Positions 62,049 to 64,000 of a DNA stretch of 64,000 nucleotides are shown here, in pieces. Each line of letters opens with the position of its first letter. The first letter of the stretch is position 1. This stretch comes from Callorhinchus milii (Eukaryota). The translations under genes were made by a program, and so were the position numbers. The stretch lies in NCBI RefSeq assembly GCF_018977255.1, contig NW_024704743.1, forward strand, positions 56,732,001-56,796,000, given 5' to 3'. Under the pieces are notes generated by a model. That model was not told the DNA's origin. It searched no databases and worked only from the letters and a program-made list of their open reading frames with translations.

Positions 62049-64000
62049 ATTTGAGCGGAGGGAGTGGCCTGGTCAGTATGGTTGTAGGAGGTCGCAGGGG
62101 TAGGGATGGGGCAAGACCGTCCGTGATTACAGTACGTATTACAAAACAAATGTACTGTGATGTGGTCACTGTTTATACAATCTAATTCACTTTCATTTAT
62201 CATCTTTAAAAACTCATTACATAAAGTTGAAAATTATTGATTTCTGGTAACAATAGGCTCGACAATGCAATTCATTCCAAAACTAAGAATTGTGTGACTA
62301 AGGTTAATCTTTATCACATCTTGTGCATGTTTTTATATGAATCCTTGGGTTATTGATACTGACTGATAGATTCATTCAGAAGGTAGGACAGTAAGAGAGA
62401 CATGCAATGACTAACCTGCCGTGCAGGCTGATTAGTTTATTGCCACTATAATGAATTTGAATCGGAATCCACAAAGCAGAATCCTTCAGATGGAGCTACA
62501 GCAAAAATAAAAATCCACATATTGAAATAAACAAAAGAAATTGTGCCCCAAAGACACATAGGATCTCAAAAGATTCACATTATAATTTTAAAACATTCTG
62601 AAATTACAACTTCCATAACTTTAGTTTCTGCTTCATTTTGCCTTTCAATCTTAGTGTTATTGATAACAGATGCCATGCATTTGAATCCAGAGCCATTGAA
62701 GCAAACAATTAAAAAAGACAATGGTGGTTTATTATCATGAAGAGCTGAGATGCCAGGGTTTAATAAATACCCTGCTCTTTAATGCATAATCTGTGCTGAA
62801 ATGTATGGAGATTGGTCTATTAAACTTTCACAATTCATTAGACAGCTGCACAAATATCATTTTACATGTCATTGCTCCAAAGAGAGAAATCACACTTTAT
62901 TATTCAAGAACATTTTATTTTGAATCACAATCAGGTTTTGTCAGCTTTTGCACTACTTAATTCTAGTTTATATCAATACAATTTCCTGAGTACCTCATCG
63001 CTATTCTTCCCAGTAACTTAAGAGGTAAGATTTGCTGTGCGGGTTGTGGAACATGTACTCTATTGCTTCAACTTAGAAATTAGAACACTTACAAGTTTTG
63101 AATTTAATTTAATCAATGGAGCAACATTAAAAGATTCTTAAGCAAATTTTCCTTCTCATTACAATTTTTTAATTGCACGAGTTTATTCTTGAGAAGCCTG
63201 CTTTAAAATTGATCCAAGGACCACACTATGAAAAATTGGATTGATTCAAATATATTTTACTGAGTCTTGCAATATGCCACTGAAAGCTATCAGTTTTAAG
63301 TGAATTAATAGACTGCATAAACAGTGACCAAATAAATAGGGAAATGGTTTACTCTGTTTATTCAATTTATGGCACAATCCTATTGGTTTCAAGCAAAAAA
63401 AACAAAGAAAAAGACTACTTAAGAACAATTTCCTATTTGATATTTCTTTAGATGGAATAGCAATATTTTCAAAGAAAATCTTGAAAAATAAAAATTTTAT
63501 AAACAAGTTTTAGTAAGAAAACCGTACAAATAAGAACTATTAATTGTGGTACAGTGCACTGAAACGAGCGGTGGTAAACCTTCCTGAGGAAACAATACAC
63601 TGAGCCAGACTGTAAAGCTCTTAAGATGATGTTTTGTTTATTATTGTGATCAGGTTTAATTCAAAAACCTTGCTAACAAAAAACTTGCTAACACCATCAG
63701 TTTGTTATGACACCTTTCACAAGTTCTCATCCAGAGAGCGAAGAAGGCCTGAGCTTAATTCTGGCATGAAACACACCGAGTTTGTGCATAATTGAATAGA
63801 AAAACCTGAGGATATAACCTGAGAAATGGGTCTTCAGCTTCTATATGTAAAGCTGTAATGGTGATGATTTTATTTCTTAAGAATAGTGTGAGGAAAAATG
63901 TTTCAATGAACAATTATTCATCAACATTGACCCACAGTACAGAAATATTCATAAGATATAATTATTAAGTTTCTGTTCATGTAACCAAACAACAATCATT

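Overview
Repeat-dense, AT-rich vertebrate genomic DNA with no host protein-coding gene that I can recognise. The repeat content points to a cartilaginous fish, probably a holocephalan (inference from remembered repeat families): L2 LINEs with (TTG)n tails, CR1 LINEs with (TTCTTATG)n tails, a tRNA-headed CORE-type SINE sharing the L2 3' stem-loop, Deu-domain SINEs and a Penelope-like terminal fragment. All recognisable ORFs are broken L2/CR1 reverse-transcriptase fragments or their antisense shadows. The contig between the two 30-N gaps (5138-32739) re-reads both flanks: 478-5107 = 7428-12056 and 12058-32739 = 32841-53533, with breakpoints one base apart. About 25 kb is therefore most likely a false (haplotig/overlap) duplication. 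I found no convincing new biological system. The best leads are a degenerate Penelope-type minimal hammerhead ribozyme, L2 insertions consisting only of the 3' hairpin, two repeat families I cannot name, a ~100-bp inverted duplication interrupting a Deu-SINE, and a few weak exon candidates.
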